A DNA stretch of 64,000 nucleotides from Verrucomicrobiota bacterium (GTDB lineage Bacteria > Verrucomicrobiota > Verrucomicrobiia > Limisphaerales > JACPZS01): assembly GCA_016195385.1 (NCBI GenBank), contig JACPZS010000034.1, positions 5,885-69,884 of the forward strand. The letters are read 5' to 3'. The notes under the pieces are model-generated. The model was not told the origin of the DNA. It saw only the letters and a program-made list of their open reading frames with translations, and searched no databases. This document shows positions 25,143-35,284 of the stretch, piece by piece. Position 1 is the first letter of the stretch. Every line of letters starts with the position of its first letter. A program made the translations under genes and the position numbers.

Positions 25143-27584
25143 ATGAAACCAACACCACTCCTACTTACCTGTTTAATCGGACTCGCTGTCCCCAGGTTCG
25201 GCTTGGCTCAACCCACCATCCAATTCACCACGACCAGCTACACCGTCACCGAGAACGCCGGGCAGGCGACTCTCACCGTGCAACGCACGGTGGACCTCAC
25301 CACGCTGGTGAGTGTGGACTTCGCCACTGCTGATGGGACGGCGACCAATGAATTCAAGTACACTGCGGTCTCCGGGACGTTGTCCTTCGGAGCAGGCGAA
25401 ACCAACAAGGTCATCGCCGTGCCGATCTTGAATGATGGTTTGGTCGGGGGCGCCAAGAACTTTCGCGTCAGCTTGAGCAATCCCACCGGCGGCGCAGTCC
25501 TCGGCACGCGCACGAACGTGCTGGTTTCCATCACCGACAACGACACGCCGCTCACGGTGGAGTTTGCCAAATACGAGGTGCGAGAGGACGAAGCGGCCGT
25601 CGTAATCGGAGTGCTGCGCGGCAACGACGGCAATCAGACGGTCACGGTGGACTACGCCACGGGGGGCCTCACGGCTACCGCAGGCACGGACTACACGGAG
25701 ACGACAGGCTCGTTGACCTTTGCCCTCGGCGAGAAACTCAAACTCGTGAGCATTCCGATTTTGAACGACGCGCTGAAAGAACCCAATGAGACCTTCCGCT
25801 TCACCTTGACCAATGCGGTCGGCACCAGTCTGGGCACCCAGAAATCCGCCACCATCACGATCCAGGACAACGATCCAGGCGCGGGATTCGTGACGGCAAA
25901 ATACTTCATCCACGAGGACGAAGGCGCGCTGCGGGTCACGGTGCGGCGCGGGAATGACCTCGCGCTCGGACCCTTCACGGTGGACTACGCCACGGTGGAC
26001 GGCACGGCGCTCGCCGGCCAGGATTATGTGGCGACGAGCGGCACGCTGGTTTTCGCCGCCGGTGAAATGAGCCGCTCCTTCGAAGTGCCGGTCATCAACG
26101 ACGGCATTCTCGAAGCCGACGAAAACTTCCGCGTGGCGTTGAGCAACGTCAGCGGCGACGCCAGCCTCGGCACGGTCACAAATCTGACAGTGATCCTGTG
26201 CGATGCCACGGGCATGACGCCGCACGGCTTCGCTGCGATTCAGCGCGATCCCGACGGATTCGTGAGGCTGACGTTCGCCGGTGAAGTGTCGCAACGCTTC
26301 GAACCGTTCTTCGATCTCTACCCGGTCGAGGTCTCGACCAATCTGGTGGATTGGGAACCGTTGGCATTGTTGCAGCGGACGAACAGCGCAACCAACGAAC
26401 TAACGTTCGTCGATACCGCCGCTGGAACGTTTGCGCGTTTCTACCGTGTTCCCACCAACCACTTCACCGCCGCCTATCCCAAGCCGACCGGCCCGTATCC
26501 TGTGGGCCGGATTGACCGGCTGGTCACGGACCCCACGCGGCGCAACCGGTATGGAATCTCGACCAACGGCACGTTTGCCGTGAGCGTCTGGTATCCGGCA
26601 GCGCCCACGGCCGGGCAGCGACCGGCGCGCTGGTTCGAGGAGGTGGTGGCCAGGGACACTTCTTCGGCGTCGTTCTGGGCGTGGGCGGGCAACACGAACT
26701 GGTTTGACCGCTTGCCCTACCTCTGGACCTACTCCTTCAGCGACGCACCTCTGGCGGAGGTTTCCGGCGCCTTCCCGGTCGTTCTCTTCAGCCCCGGGTT
26801 TCATGTGAATCGCCGGCACGACAGCGAAAAGCTCGAAGGATTAGCAAGCCACGGCTACGTGGTGGTGGCGGTGGATCATTACTATAACACCTGGGATATC
26901 GCGTGGCCGGACGGCTTCTACTATACCCGCTCCATTGACGAACCCGAGTCGGCGAACACCGATAAAGATCGCTTCCGCGATCTCGTGGTCGTCCTCGACG
27001 AACTGACGAACTGGAACCAGACCGACGCGCGATTCGCAGGGCGGCTTGGCCTCGACAAGATAGGTGCGATGGGGATGTCGTCGGGCGGCACCGCGGTCGC
27101 CAACCTGGGGCAGCAGGACGCCCGATGTAAAGCCGTCGTTCTGTTGGACTCCGGCTACGGGGGAGAGGATTTCCGAGGCTTTTCGAAACCATCCATGACT
27201 ATGATCGAGACCAAGGACCCGGCTTACTTTACCGCGGATCAGGAAGTGTTCGCCCCCTCAAAAACGAACGCGGTCTTGTTCCAGATCAGCAACACCGACC
27301 ACGCTACATTCTCCAGCGGCGTCATCTTCAGCAGCTATCCGCCGGCCACCAACCTAGAGGCCGTCCGGACGATCAACGCTTATGCGCTCTCGTTCTTTAA
27401 CAAGTGGCTCAAGGGACAGGACGATCATCTGCACGAAGGCCCGTCGACGAACTTCCCGCGCGTCATCAACTTTTGGCTTCCGCATCGCACCGTCCACGAA
27501 TCTCAAGCCGACTACGACCGCTCAATCGAAAGCGGCGACTGTGTCGTGTTGCGTCGCCGCCGTTCGGAATTCATTCGCGGGTGA
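25143..27584 (+). CDS. secreted Calx-beta (x4) repeat protein fused to PAF-acetylhydrolase-like alpha/beta hydrolase
   Basis: It has a signal peptide and four Calx-beta units ('V.V.DYATVDGTA.AG.DY...GTL.F..GE......VPI.ND'). The C-terminus has 'FPVVLFSPGFHVNRRHDSEKLEGLASHGYVVVAVDH' and the nucleophile elbow 'GAMGMSSGG'. Its 3' end overlaps the convergent gene by 14 nt. Confidence 0.8.
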   Translation: MKPTPLLLTCLIGLAVPRFGLAQPTIQFTTTSYTVTENAGQATLTVQRTVDLTTLVSVDFATADGTATNEFKYTAVSGTLSFGAGETNKVIAVPILNDGLVGGAKNFRVSLSNPTGGAVLGTRTNVLVSITDNDTPLTVEFAKYEVREDEAAVVIGVLRGNDGNQTVTVDYATGGLTATAGTDYTETTGSLTFALGEKLKLVSIPILNDALKEPNETFRFTLTNAVGTSLGTQKSATITIQDNDPGAGFVTAKYFIHEDEGALRVTVRRGNDLALGPFTVDYATVDGTALAGQDYVATSGTLVFAAGEMSRSFEVPVINDGILEADENFRVALSNVSGDASLGTVTNLTVILCDATGMTPHGFAAIQRDPDGFVRLTFAGEVSQRFEPFFDLYPVEVSTNLVDWEPLALLQRTNSATNELTFVDTAAGTFARFYRVPTNHFTAAYPKPTGPYPVGRIDRLVTDPTRRNRYGISTNGTFAVSVWYPAAPTAGQRPARWFEEVVARDTSSASFWAWAGNTNWFDRLPYLWTYSFSDAPLAEVSGAFPVVLFSPGFHVNRRHDSEKLEGLASHGYVVVAVDHYYNTWDIAWPDGFYYTRSIDEPESANTDKDRFRDLVVVLDELTNWNQTDARFAGRLGLDKIGAMGMSSGGTAVANLGQQDARCKAVVLLDSGYGGEDFRGFSKPSMTMIETKDPAYFTADQEVFAPSKTNAVLFQISNTDHATFSSGVIFSSYPPATNLEAVRTINAYALSFFNKWLKGQDDHLHEGPSTNFPRVINFWLPHRTVHESQADYDRSIESGDCVVLRRRRSEFIRG

Positions 27585-30500
27585 TGACTTCGTCCAGATT
27601 CAAAATCGTGCGGGCCAGCACGGTCCAGGCGGCGAATTCGGGCGACGAAGTGTTTTCGACTTTTATTGCACCGGCAATTTTTTCGGCAAGCTGCGGCTCT
27701 GCTTCGTACGCGCGGTGAAGCTGGTGGAGCAGGGCGGCTAAATCCGCAAGTTCATCCGTGGTCGGAGAACGCGCCGTGCAGAGCTGAAAGGCGTGCGCGA
27801 TGCGATTGGTGTTGTCGCCGGCGGTTTCGCGAAGCGCGCGTTGGGCGAGCGCCTGCGCGCATTGGAAGAAAAGTTTGTCATTGAGCAGCGTGAGCGCCTG
27901 CAACGGTGTGTTCGAACGTTCGCGCATGGGGCAGGCTTGCGTTGAGGCGGGCGCGTCGAAGGTCGTGAGCATGTACTCGGGAAAAGCGCGGATGAATTTG
28001 AGGTAAAGTCCGCGCCGCTTGGAAGCAACATCGACGCTGCCGCCGCCGATGCGCTCGTCCAGCAGACCGCTGGCGGCGAGGTATTGATCGCGCGCGTTCT
28101 CCGCGGAGAGCCGGAAGCGATTTTGCCGCGCCAGCAATTTGTTCTTCGCGTCGTGGGCAAGTAAATCTTCTCGTTGGTCGGAAGCCTGTCGATATGCGGC
28201 GGAGGTCACGATGAGTTTGATCATGGCCTTGCGACTCCATTTTTGTTTGATGAACTCAGTCGCCAGCCAGTCGAGCAACTCCGGATGCGTCGGTTTGTCG
28301 CCTTGCGAGCCGAAGTCAGCCATCGTCGCGACGAGGCCTTGTCCGAAAAGTTGCCGCCACAAGTGATTCACCGTGACGCGCGCGGTGAGCGGATTTTCCG
28401 GCGAAGTCAGCCAGTTCGCGAGATCGACGCGGTCAGCGCCCGTGGCCGCGTTGCGAGGTTTGAAGGCGTGCAGCGCGGTGAGAACGCCAGCTTTCACTTC
28501 CGGTCCGTGGTCGAGAAAATTTCCGCGGACATGGATGTGCGTCGCGCGCAGCGTGCGTCGCTCGGCCAAAGTCTGCGTCTGCACTTCGCCTTTGACGCCC
28601 GGCGATTCGGTCATCGCCGCCGTGTATTCGGCGAGCGCCGGCGAATCCGCGCGAAACGTCGCATCGTAGTAGCGCTTGAGCGTGACGCGTTGATCGAGCG
28701 TGCGGCTTTGTTCTGGAATCTTTGCCAAGTCACGAATGCGCTGTGGCACGGCTTGGGCGGCGAGCGATTCGCGTGGCGCGGTCGTGTACGTCACGCGCAC
28801 CCGTCCGAGCGTGTGGCTCTGGCCGCGATTTTGGACGAGGCTCACTTTGAGGCGCGTGCCCGCGTCGTAGCCGATGTCGCCCTGGGTCGTAAAAACCGCG
28901 CAACGATCAACCGCGTGCATCGGCAGGCCGGGCATATCGACGGCCCAGCCGCCGTTGGTCAACACGCCGTCGATGGTTTCGTTGATCGGAAAGCCCGGCT
29001 GCGAATAATCCGCGACGGCGCTTTGCAGCGCATTTGACTTCAAGTTGCTCATGTCCTTCAACGACGCCGACTCGACATAGACTTCGGTCAGCACAAAATT
29101 TCCATTCGCCGACCAGCCGGGGCCGAGCTGGGGTAACATTTCGTCGGTCATCGCTTCCACTCGGATGCCGGTGATGCCTTTGAGCCGCGTGTTCAGCATC
29201 ATGATGTAGTGCGTCTTGTTCTCGATCATTCCGGTGACAAGAAACGAGCCGTCCTCTTGCGGATAAAGATTCGCGCCGTTGTTTGCGCCGAACGTGGGCA
29301 AATCGTAATCCGCCTGCGCGGGCGTGAACCAAATCTCCGGCAGCGCGGCGATCTGCTTCGCCCATTCATTGACTTCGGGAGTGAGGGTGGCGGCGTATTT
29401 TTTCTTGGCAACGTCGAGTTTGGATTCTTGCTGGCGCACGTTGTCGAGTTGCTCCGGCAGGGGCGCGCGGATGTCGCGGTCGTCGGTCGAGTTGAAAAAC
29501 GCGTAGAGCTGGTAAAATTCTTTTTGCGAAATGGGATCGTATTTGTGCGAGTGACATTCCGCGCAGCCAACTGTGAGGCCGAGCCACGTCGCGCCGACGG
29601 TACTCACGCGATCGACAACGATTTTGCAACGATCTTCCTCGATGTCCACGCCGCCCTCGCGGTTGAGCAACGTGTTGCGATGAAAGCCGGTGGCGACGCG
29701 TTGATCGAGGCTCGCGTTTGGCAGCAGATCGCCAGCGATTTGATCGCGAGTGAATTCATCGAACGGTTGATCGTGATTGATTGAATTGATAACCCAATCG
29801 CGCCAACGCCAGGCGTGCGGACGATAATAATCTTTTTCGTAGCCGTCGGTGTCGGCGTAGCGTGCAAGGTCGAGCCAGTGCCGCGCCCATTGCTCGCCGA
29901 AATGTGGCGACGCCAGCAAACGATCCACCAGCCGCTCGTAAACGTCGGGGCGCGGGTCGTTCAAGAATGCCTTCACTTCGGCAGGCGTCGGCGGCAGGCC
30001 GGTGAGATCGAGCGAGAGCCGGCGAATCAACGTCGTGCGCGCGGCTTCGGGCGAAGGTTTGATTTTCTCGTTCTCCAAACGAGCGAGCACGAATTGATCA
30101 ATGGCGTTGCGAACCCAGGCAGAGTTTTTAACTGGCTGCGGTTCGCGGCGCAGGGGCGCTTGGAACGCCCAATGTTGATTCGTTGAAGCCGGGGTGGAAA
30201 TTACGGCCAAGCTGTCGGGCCAATTCGCGCCTTGATCGATCCACGCGCGTAGCAAACCGATTTGTAGCGGCGTCAGGCGTTCGCCTTTGGGCGGCATGAT
30301 TTTGTCGGCGTCAAGTCCGGCGACGAGATGGATGAGCGCGCTCTCGGCGCTCTTGCCAGGCACAATCACCAAACCCGAATCGCCGCCGCGTAGTGCGTCC
30401 GTTTTCACATCCAGCCGCAACCCGGACTTTTGTTTTTCCGGGCCGTGACATTTGAGACAGTTTTCGATGAACAGCGGCTGGATGTCGCGCGCGAAATCGA

Positions 30501-30633
30501 TGGTGAGCTTGGCGGCGGGTGGAAGCTGGGCGAGTTGCGCCGGCGTTGGCGGCGCAGACTTCTCGGCGGCGAGCATTTTCAACACACCGAGCACGGCTAA
30601 CCCGCTAATCCATTGGCGCGAAAACGACAGCAT
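27571..30633 (-). CDS. PSCyt/DUF1549/DUF1553 protein (paralog of 3487..6558) with internal beta-sandwich insertion
   Basis: It has a signal peptide and '[17 protein letters not shown]'. The DUF1549-like motif is '[13 protein letters not shown]' and the DUF1553-like motif is '[18 protein letters not shown]'. An inserted module carries '[11 protein letters not shown]' and '[11 protein letters not shown]'. Confidence 0.85.
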   Translation of the reverse strand: MLSFSRQWISGLAVLGVLKMLAAEKSAPPTPAQLAQLPPAAKLTIDFARDIQPLFIENCLKCHGPEKQKSGLRLDVKTDALRGGDSGLVIVPGKSAESALIHLVAGLDADKIMPPKGERLTPLQIGLLRAWIDQGANWPDSLAVISTPASTNQHWAFQAPLRREPQPVKNSAWVRNAIDQFVLARLENEKIKPSPEAARTTLIRRLSLDLTGLPPTPAEVKAFLNDPRPDVYERLVDRLLASPHFGEQWARHWLDLARYADTDGYEKDYYRPHAWRWRDWVINSINHDQPFDEFTRDQIAGDLLPNASLDQRVATGFHRNTLLNREGGVDIEEDRCKIVVDRVSTVGATWLGLTVGCAECHSHKYDPISQKEFYQLYAFFNSTDDRDIRAPLPEQLDNVRQQESKLDVAKKKYAATLTPEVNEWAKQIAALPEIWFTPAQADYDLPTFGANNGANLYPQEDGSFLVTGMIENKTHYIMMLNTRLKGITGIRVEAMTDEMLPQLGPGWSANGNFVLTEVYVESASLKDMSNLKSNALQSAVADYSQPGFPINETIDGVLTNGGWAVDMPGLPMHAVDRCAVFTTQGDIGYDAGTRLKVSLVQNRGQSHTLGRVRVTYTTAPRESLAAQAVPQRIRDLAKIPEQSRTLDQRVTLKRYYDATFRADSPALAEYTAAMTESPGVKGEVQTQTLAERRTLRATHIHVRGNFLDHGPEVKAGVLTALHAFKPRNAATGADRVDLANWLTSPENPLTARVTVNHLWRQLFGQGLVATMADFGSQGDKPTHPELLDWLATEFIKQKWSRKAMIKLIVTSAAYRQASDQREDLLAHDAKNKLLARQNRFRLSAENARDQYLAASGLLDERIGGGSVDVASKRRGLYLKFIRAFPEYMLTTFDAPASTQACPMRERSNTPLQALTLLNDKLFFQCAQALAQRALRETAGDNTNRIAHAFQLCTARSPTTDELADLAALLHQLHRAYEAEPQLAEKIAGAIKVENTSSPEFAAWTVLARTILNLDEVITRE

Positions 30634-30828
30634 GATTTTGCCTGAAAAATATGTTCAACGCCGGATCAGGCCGCAAGCCCAAAGCCGCACGCGCGACCGA
30701 GGGCCAAGCAGAACGTGGGGTGAAGGCGGCAAAAAGTGCAGGCTGAAATTGCCGGGAGCGGGCAGGCTTTGCCAGCTTTCCGGCGGCGCATGGCGCGAAA
30801 TATGGCGAATCCCGCGATTTTTCGGTGG

Positions 30829-30844
30829 TGGCATAGGCATTGCT
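30829..30844 (+). promoter_or_regulatory. candidate sigma-54 (-24/-12) promoter for the flgF operon
   Basis: TGGCAT-AGGCA-TTGCT matches TGGCAC-N5-TTGCW at all positions of the TGGCA/TTGC core. It ends 12 nt before the flgF ATG (30857). Confidence 0.45.
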
Positions 30845-30856
30845 AAGTTTGCCTCG

Positions 30857-31597
30857 ATGAATGTCAGTCTTTTCCAAGCCGCTGCTGCGTTGAACGCGAA
30901 TTCGCGCTGGCAGGAGGCGATTGCCGAGAACCTCGCGTCGAGCGGGATTCCTGGCTTTAAGAAGCAGGAGCTTTCGTTTGGCGCAATTCAAGGTGGGCTG
31001 ATGAAATCCACTTCGGCGGAAACCCGTTACTCGCTGCCGTCGGCCAAGGTGATGACGAATTTTCGCGCGGGCGAGATGAAGAGCACCGGAAATCCGACCG
31101 ACGTTGCGATTGAAGGGCCGGGTTTTTTCGAAGTGCAACTGCCTAACGGCACACGCGCGCTGACGCGCGATGGCGAGTTCCAGCAAAACGCCCAAGGACA
31201 GTTGACGACCAAGCAAGGTTATCTCGTGATGAGCAGTAATGGGCCGGTGCAATTTGATCCTGGCAAAGGCGGTCCCATTTCGATTTCCAGCACGGGCGCG
31301 ATCAGCCAGGGCAGCGATTTCCTGGGGCAGATCAAAGTTGTCGATGTGGACGACCCGCAGGCGCTGACTTCGCTGGGAAGCGGGTTCTTTTTGTCCGAAA
31401 GCCCCAAGGCGAAAGTTACCGAAGTGCCATTCCCCAGCCTGCGCGCGGGCTACCTTGAAAACGCGAACACTTCCACCAGCGCGGAGATGGTGAATTTGAT
31501 TTCCGCCATGCGGCAGTACGAGGCGAATCAACGCCTCATCCAGAATCAGGATGAACGCATGGGCCGCGTGATCAGCGAGCTGGGCAATCCGAGCTGA
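30857..31597 (+). CDS. flgF: flagellar basal-body rod protein FlgF
   Basis: From the ATG at 30857 the N-terminus reads 'MNVSLFQAAAALNANSRWQEAIAENLASSGIPGFKKQ', a rod-protein N-terminal motif. The C-terminus reads 'LENANTSTSAEMVNLISAMRQYEANQRLI'. The ORF-track start at 30452 adds 135 non-homologous residues that overlap the neighbouring gene. Confidence 0.85.
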   Translation: MNVSLFQAAAALNANSRWQEAIAENLASSGIPGFKKQELSFGAIQGGLMKSTSAETRYSLPSAKVMTNFRAGEMKSTGNPTDVAIEGPGFFEVQLPNGTRALTRDGEFQQNAQGQLTTKQGYLVMSSNGPVQFDPGKGGPISISSTGAISQGSDFLGQIKVVDVDDPQALTSLGSGFFLSESPKAKVTEVPFPSLRAGYLENANTSTSAEMVNLISAMRQYEANQRLIQNQDERMGRVISELGNPS

Positions 31598-31602
31598 CCA
31601 TT

Positions 31603-32391
31603 ATGTTGCGCGCACTTTATTCCGCCGCCGGGGGCATGCAGGCCCAGCAGTCCAACCTCGACGTCATCGCGAACAACCTGGCGAACGTCAACACCACCGG
31701 GTTCAAAAAATCCAAGACCGAGTTTCAGGATATTCTTTACGAAACCACACGCGCCGCCGGCGCGGATCAGGGCGGGGGCAACCAGGTGCCGACGAGTTTG
31801 CAAATTGGTCATGGGACGAATCTGGTGGCGACGCCCAAGGTTTTTACCAATGGCGAGTTTTACTCGACTGGCGAAGAGAAGGATATGTCCATCCAGGGAG
31901 ACGGATTTTTCAAGATTCAGTTGCCCAACGGACAGGGCGAGGCTTACACGCGCGACGGTGGATTCAAGTTATCCAAGGACGGCGCGCTTATCACGACGGA
32001 CGGCTATCCGTTGCTCGGCGGCATCGGCGCGATTCAGCCCGGCACCAGTCTGACGATTTCATCGAGCGGTGAAGTGACGGCCAAAAACGCCTCGGGCACG
32101 ACGAGCCCCGGCCGGTTGCAATTGTATCGTTTTTCCAATCCCGGCGGCCTCGACAGTTTGGGCGGCAACCTCTACAAGGAATCGCTTGCTTCCGGCCAGG
32201 CGCTTTCCGGCAATCCCAACGAAAATGGTTTTGGTTCGATTCGGCAGGGCTATCTCGAACGCTCCAATGTCAAAGTCGTCGAGGAAATGATCAACCTCAT
32301 CGTCGCGCAGCGGGCCTACGAAGTGAACTCCAAGGCCGTCCAGTCCGCTGATGAAATGATGGCGATGGCTGACAATCTCAAGCGCTCCTGA
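31603..32391 (+). CDS. flgG: flagellar basal-body distal rod protein FlgG
   Basis: It has 'MLRALYSAAGGMQAQQSNLDVIANNLANVNTTGFKK', 'IQGDGFFKIQLPNG' and the C-terminal 'LERSNVKVVEEMINLIVAQRAYEVNSKAVQSADEM'. Confidence 0.92.
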   Translation: MLRALYSAAGGMQAQQSNLDVIANNLANVNTTGFKKSKTEFQDILYETTRAAGADQGGGNQVPTSLQIGHGTNLVATPKVFTNGEFYSTGEEKDMSIQGDGFFKIQLPNGQGEAYTRDGGFKLSKDGALITTDGYPLLGGIGAIQPGTSLTISSSGEVTAKNASGTTSPGRLQLYRFSNPGGLDSLGGNLYKESLASGQALSGNPNENGFGSIRQGYLERSNVKVVEEMINLIVAQRAYEVNSKAVQSADEMMAMADNLKRS

Positions 32392-32403
32392 GCGACGTTC
32401 ATC

Positions 32404-33420
32404 ATGATTGTTCCGACTCAATCTCACTCAAGCGCCGTCAACGAAATGGCTGGCTGGCGGTGGGCGTTTACTTTCTGCTCCATACTCCTAATTCCCACCT
32501 ACATTGGCGGAGGGTTCGCCCGTCCCTGCTTTGCGGCTGAACCCTCCGCTTTTCTTCTGCGCACCAACACCACGGTCAACGCGGAAGGGATTTTTTTGTC
32601 GCAAGTATTGGCGGCGGAAGTTGCGCCGGAACTGCCTGTCCTCCGGCTGGCTGACGCGCCGGCATTCGGCCAGGCCGTTACACTAACGGTGACGGAAATT
32701 CAGGCGTTATTGCGCAAGAGTTCTTTGGAATCGCCGGCCATTCGATGGACAGGCGCCGATCGTGTGCGAGTCACGCGCCGGGCGCGAACGCTGGACGAAG
32801 CGGAAATCAAACAGCTTCTGACCGTGGCGTTACAAAAGGAGGTCACGCGTGACAAAGGCGAAGTGGAATTGCGCTTTGCGCGTCCGTGGCCCACGGCGAC
32901 GATTGCCGATGATTCGTTCGTTCTGAATTTTCTCGATCTTCCAACCAGTGGCCCGACTCCGAGCATGACGCTTCGGTTTGAACTCCGGCATGGGCGCGAA
33001 TTGCTGGGCACCTGGCAGGTAGCGGCGCATGTTTACATTTGGCGTGAAGTCTGGGTGGCGCAAACCGTGTTGAAACGCGGCGAGCTTTTGAGCGAATCGA
33101 ACCTCACGCGCCAGCGGCGCGACGTGCTGGTATTGCGCGACGCGCTCGGAGCGCTGCCGGCGAGTGTCTCGCTGGAACTCGCCGAAAATATCCAGGAGGG
33201 CGCGCCATTGTTGACGCGCTCCGTGCGGCCGCGCCCGGTCATCCGCCGGGGCGATCTCATCGAAGCTTCATTGCAGGATGGCCTGCTCGAAGTTTCGTTG
33301 CGCGTTGAAGTGCTGGAAGACGGCGTCGCGGGGCAAATCATTCGAGTGCGCAATCCACAATCCAAACGCGAATTCCGCGGCAAGGTCCAAAATGAACAAT
33401 CCATTCTCATCGCTCTATAA
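32404..33420 (+). CDS. flgA: flagellar basal-body P-ring formation chaperone FlgA
   Basis: The C-terminal SAF/FlgA domain reads 'VIRRGDLIEASLQDGLLEVSLRVEVLEDGVAGQIIRVRNPQSKREFRGKV'. It sits between flgG and flgH. It is longer than usual, and the start could be 32404 or 32446. Confidence 0.7.
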   Translation: MIVPTQSHSSAVNEMAGWRWAFTFCSILLIPTYIGGGFARPCFAAEPSAFLLRTNTTVNAEGIFLSQVLAAEVAPELPVLRLADAPAFGQAVTLTVTEIQALLRKSSLESPAIRWTGADRVRVTRRARTLDEAEIKQLLTVALQKEVTRDKGEVELRFARPWPTATIADDSFVLNFLDLPTSGPTPSMTLRFELRHGRELLGTWQVAAHVYIWREVWVAQTVLKRGELLSESNLTRQRRDVLVLRDALGALPASVSLELAENIQEGAPLLTRSVRPRPVIRRGDLIEASLQDGLLEVSLRVEVLEDGVAGQIIRVRNPQSKREFRGKVQNEQSILIAL

Positions 33421-34027
33421 AATCGGGGGCGCGGCCATTCTCGCGCAACTGGTCACCGCCACTTCACTCCAAGCCGACACATTGTGGCGGGAGGATTCGT
33501 CCAGGCCCCTCATCGCCGACAAGCGCGCGACCGGCGTGGGGGACATCCTCACGATCATCGTGCAGGAGAATAATTCGACGACCAAGGACAACACGACCAA
33601 GACTTCCAAAACGTCCGGCGTGGACGCGAGCATCGCGAGTTTTTTGTTCGGTCCAACGGCCAGCGGTTTGTTGACCAAGGGCGGGAAATATCCAGCGCTC
33701 AAGTTCGACTCGAAGAATGATTTCAGCGGCGGCGGACAAATTAACAACTCGGAGAAGATCATCGCCAAAATCGCTGTGCGCGTGATCGACCGATTGCCCA
33801 AGGGCAATCTCGTGATCGAAGGCACGCGGCGCAGTGCGTTCAGCGGCGAGACGCAAGACATCATCCTGCGCGGAGTCGTGCGGCAGGAGGACATCGCGGG
33901 GAACAATACGATCTACAGTTACAACGTCGCCGATGCGACCATCAGCTTCGTTTCCAAGGGTGCCGTGACCTCGACACAAAAAAAGGGCTGGTTCAGTCGC
34001 ATCTGGGACAAAGCCACTCCGTTTTGA
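33392..34027 (+). CDS. flgH: flagellar L-ring protein FlgH
   Basis: From the ATG at 33392 it has a signal peptide and then 'LIADKRATGVGDILTIIVQENNSTTKDNTTKTSK', 'FSGGGQINNSEKIIAKIAVRV' and 'NLVIEGTRRSAFSGETQDIILRGVVRQEDI'. It overlaps the flgA 3' end by 29 nt. There is no Cys lipobox. Confidence 0.85.
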   Translation: MNNPFSSLYKIGGAAILAQLVTATSLQADTLWREDSSRPLIADKRATGVGDILTIIVQENNSTTKDNTTKTSKTSGVDASIASFLFGPTASGLLTKGGKYPALKFDSKNDFSGGGQINNSEKIIAKIAVRVIDRLPKGNLVIEGTRRSAFSGETQDIILRGVVRQEDIAGNNTIYSYNVADATISFVSKGAVTSTQKKGWFSRIWDKATPF

Positions 34028-35283
34028 ATTCATCCAGAATTCTCGAAACCGTTTTTCACATGGTCGTCGTGACTCATAAAAGAAATTGGCTTCCGCTTGC
34101 CGGATTCAGGGCTTCCACTCCCGTCGCGAAGCTTCCGCCAAGAATTGCCGCGCTTAATTTCGTCCCAATTCGCGTCCTGCTGCTAGGAGCTTGGCTGCTC
34201 GGCGGCACGCAAAGTGTTCAACCGTTAAGCGCTGCGGGCAGTGGCGCACGCATCAAGGACTTGGTGGACATCGCGGGGGCGGATGCGAATCAATTGTTTG
34301 GCACCGGATTGGTGACGGGTCTGGCGGGCGACGGCGACAAGGATCCGACGTACACGGTTCAGGCCGCCGCAAATTTGCTCCAAGCCAACGGCATCACGCT
34401 TCCCGGCGGCACGCTTTCGTCCAAGAACATTGCCTTCGTCACTGTGACGGCGAAAATTCCGCCGTTTGCCAAGATTGGCAGCGTGATTGATGTGACAGTG
34501 GCATCACTTGGGGACGCGAAAAGTTTGAACGGCGGGGTGCTCATGCAAACGGAGCTGCGGGGAGTCAATGGCAAAACCTATGCGCTCGCGCAAGGGCCGC
34601 TATACGTTGGGGGATTTTCCGCGGGGACCGGCGGTGGCGGTGGCGCTACCGTGCAGAAGAATCATCCAACGGCGGCGCAAATTGTCAACGGCGCCACCGT
34701 CGTGAAGGAAATTCCCGCGACGATTGTGCATGACAACTTTTTGGAGTTGCTGCTGCGCCAGCCGGACTTCACCTCAGCGTCGGTGATCGCGTCGGCCATC
34801 AACGCAAAATTTGCCGCCAGCGCGCAGGCGCTCGACAAAACCTCGGTGCGCGTGCGTCTCCCGGAAGGACACGCGGCGATGCCAGTGGATTTCATCGCGC
34901 GGCTCGAAGCCATCGAAGTCACGACCGACACGCCGGCGCGCGTGATCTTCAACGAGCGCACGGGCACGATCGTGGCCACTGCCGGCGTGCGCATTTCGCA
35001 CTGCGCCGTGGCGCATGGCAATCTTACGATCACCGTCGCATCCTCACTGGATGTTTCGCAGCCCGCCCCACTCAGTCAAACCGGCGCAACCGTCGTGACG
35101 CCGCGCACAGATACCAAGGCCGATGAAAAAAAATCGAAGCTGGTGGCGATTCCCGAACTGCCGACTGTCGAGAAAGTGGCCTCGGCTTTGAACGCGCTGG
35201 GGGTTTCGCCGCGCGACATGATGTCGATTTTCCAGGCGATGAAACAAGCCGGCGCTTTGCAGGCCGAACTGATCCCGCAATAG
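34024..35283 (+). CDS. flgI: flagellar P-ring protein FlgI
   Basis: It has 'RIKDLVDIAGADANQLFGTGLVTGLAGDGD', 'NGGVLMQTELRGVNGKTYALAQGPLYVGGF' and the C-terminal 'LNALGVSPRDMMSIFQAMKQAGALQAELI'. The start is ambiguous, either the TTG at 34024 or the ATG at 34060. Confidence 0.9.
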   Translation: MNSSRILETVFHMVVVTHKRNWLPLAGFRASTPVAKLPPRIAALNFVPIRVLLLGAWLLGGTQSVQPLSAAGSGARIKDLVDIAGADANQLFGTGLVTGLAGDGDKDPTYTVQAAANLLQANGITLPGGTLSSKNIAFVTVTAKIPPFAKIGSVIDVTVASLGDAKSLNGGVLMQTELRGVNGKTYALAQGPLYVGGFSAGTGGGGGATVQKNHPTAAQIVNGATVVKEIPATIVHDNFLELLLRQPDFTSASVIASAINAKFAASAQALDKTSVRVRLPEGHAAMPVDFIARLEAIEVTTDTPARVIFNERTGTIVATAGVRISHCAVAHGNLTITVASSLDVSQPAPLSQTGATVVTPRTDTKADEKKSKLVAIPELPTVEKVASALNALGVSPRDMMSIFQAMKQAGALQAELIPQ

Positions 35284-35284
35284 C

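Noticed and set aside
24490-25158. A 222-aa minus-strand ORF and several 60-120-aa ORFs that fill the spacer between the kinase and Calx-beta genes.
   Set aside because: They are translations of the palindromic REP-like element and low-complexity spacer. They have no start context or motifs, and the sequence is better explained as structured non-coding DNA.
30452-30856. ORF-track upstream extensions of flgF (from 30452), flgH (from 33278), tolQ (from 51377), the tolA-like gene (from 52904), the SLT-like gene (from 18340) and the CotH gene (to 41231).
   Set aside because: The extensions overlap neighbouring genes or promoters, lack homology, and precede internal ATG codons where the family-typical N-terminus or signal peptide begins.
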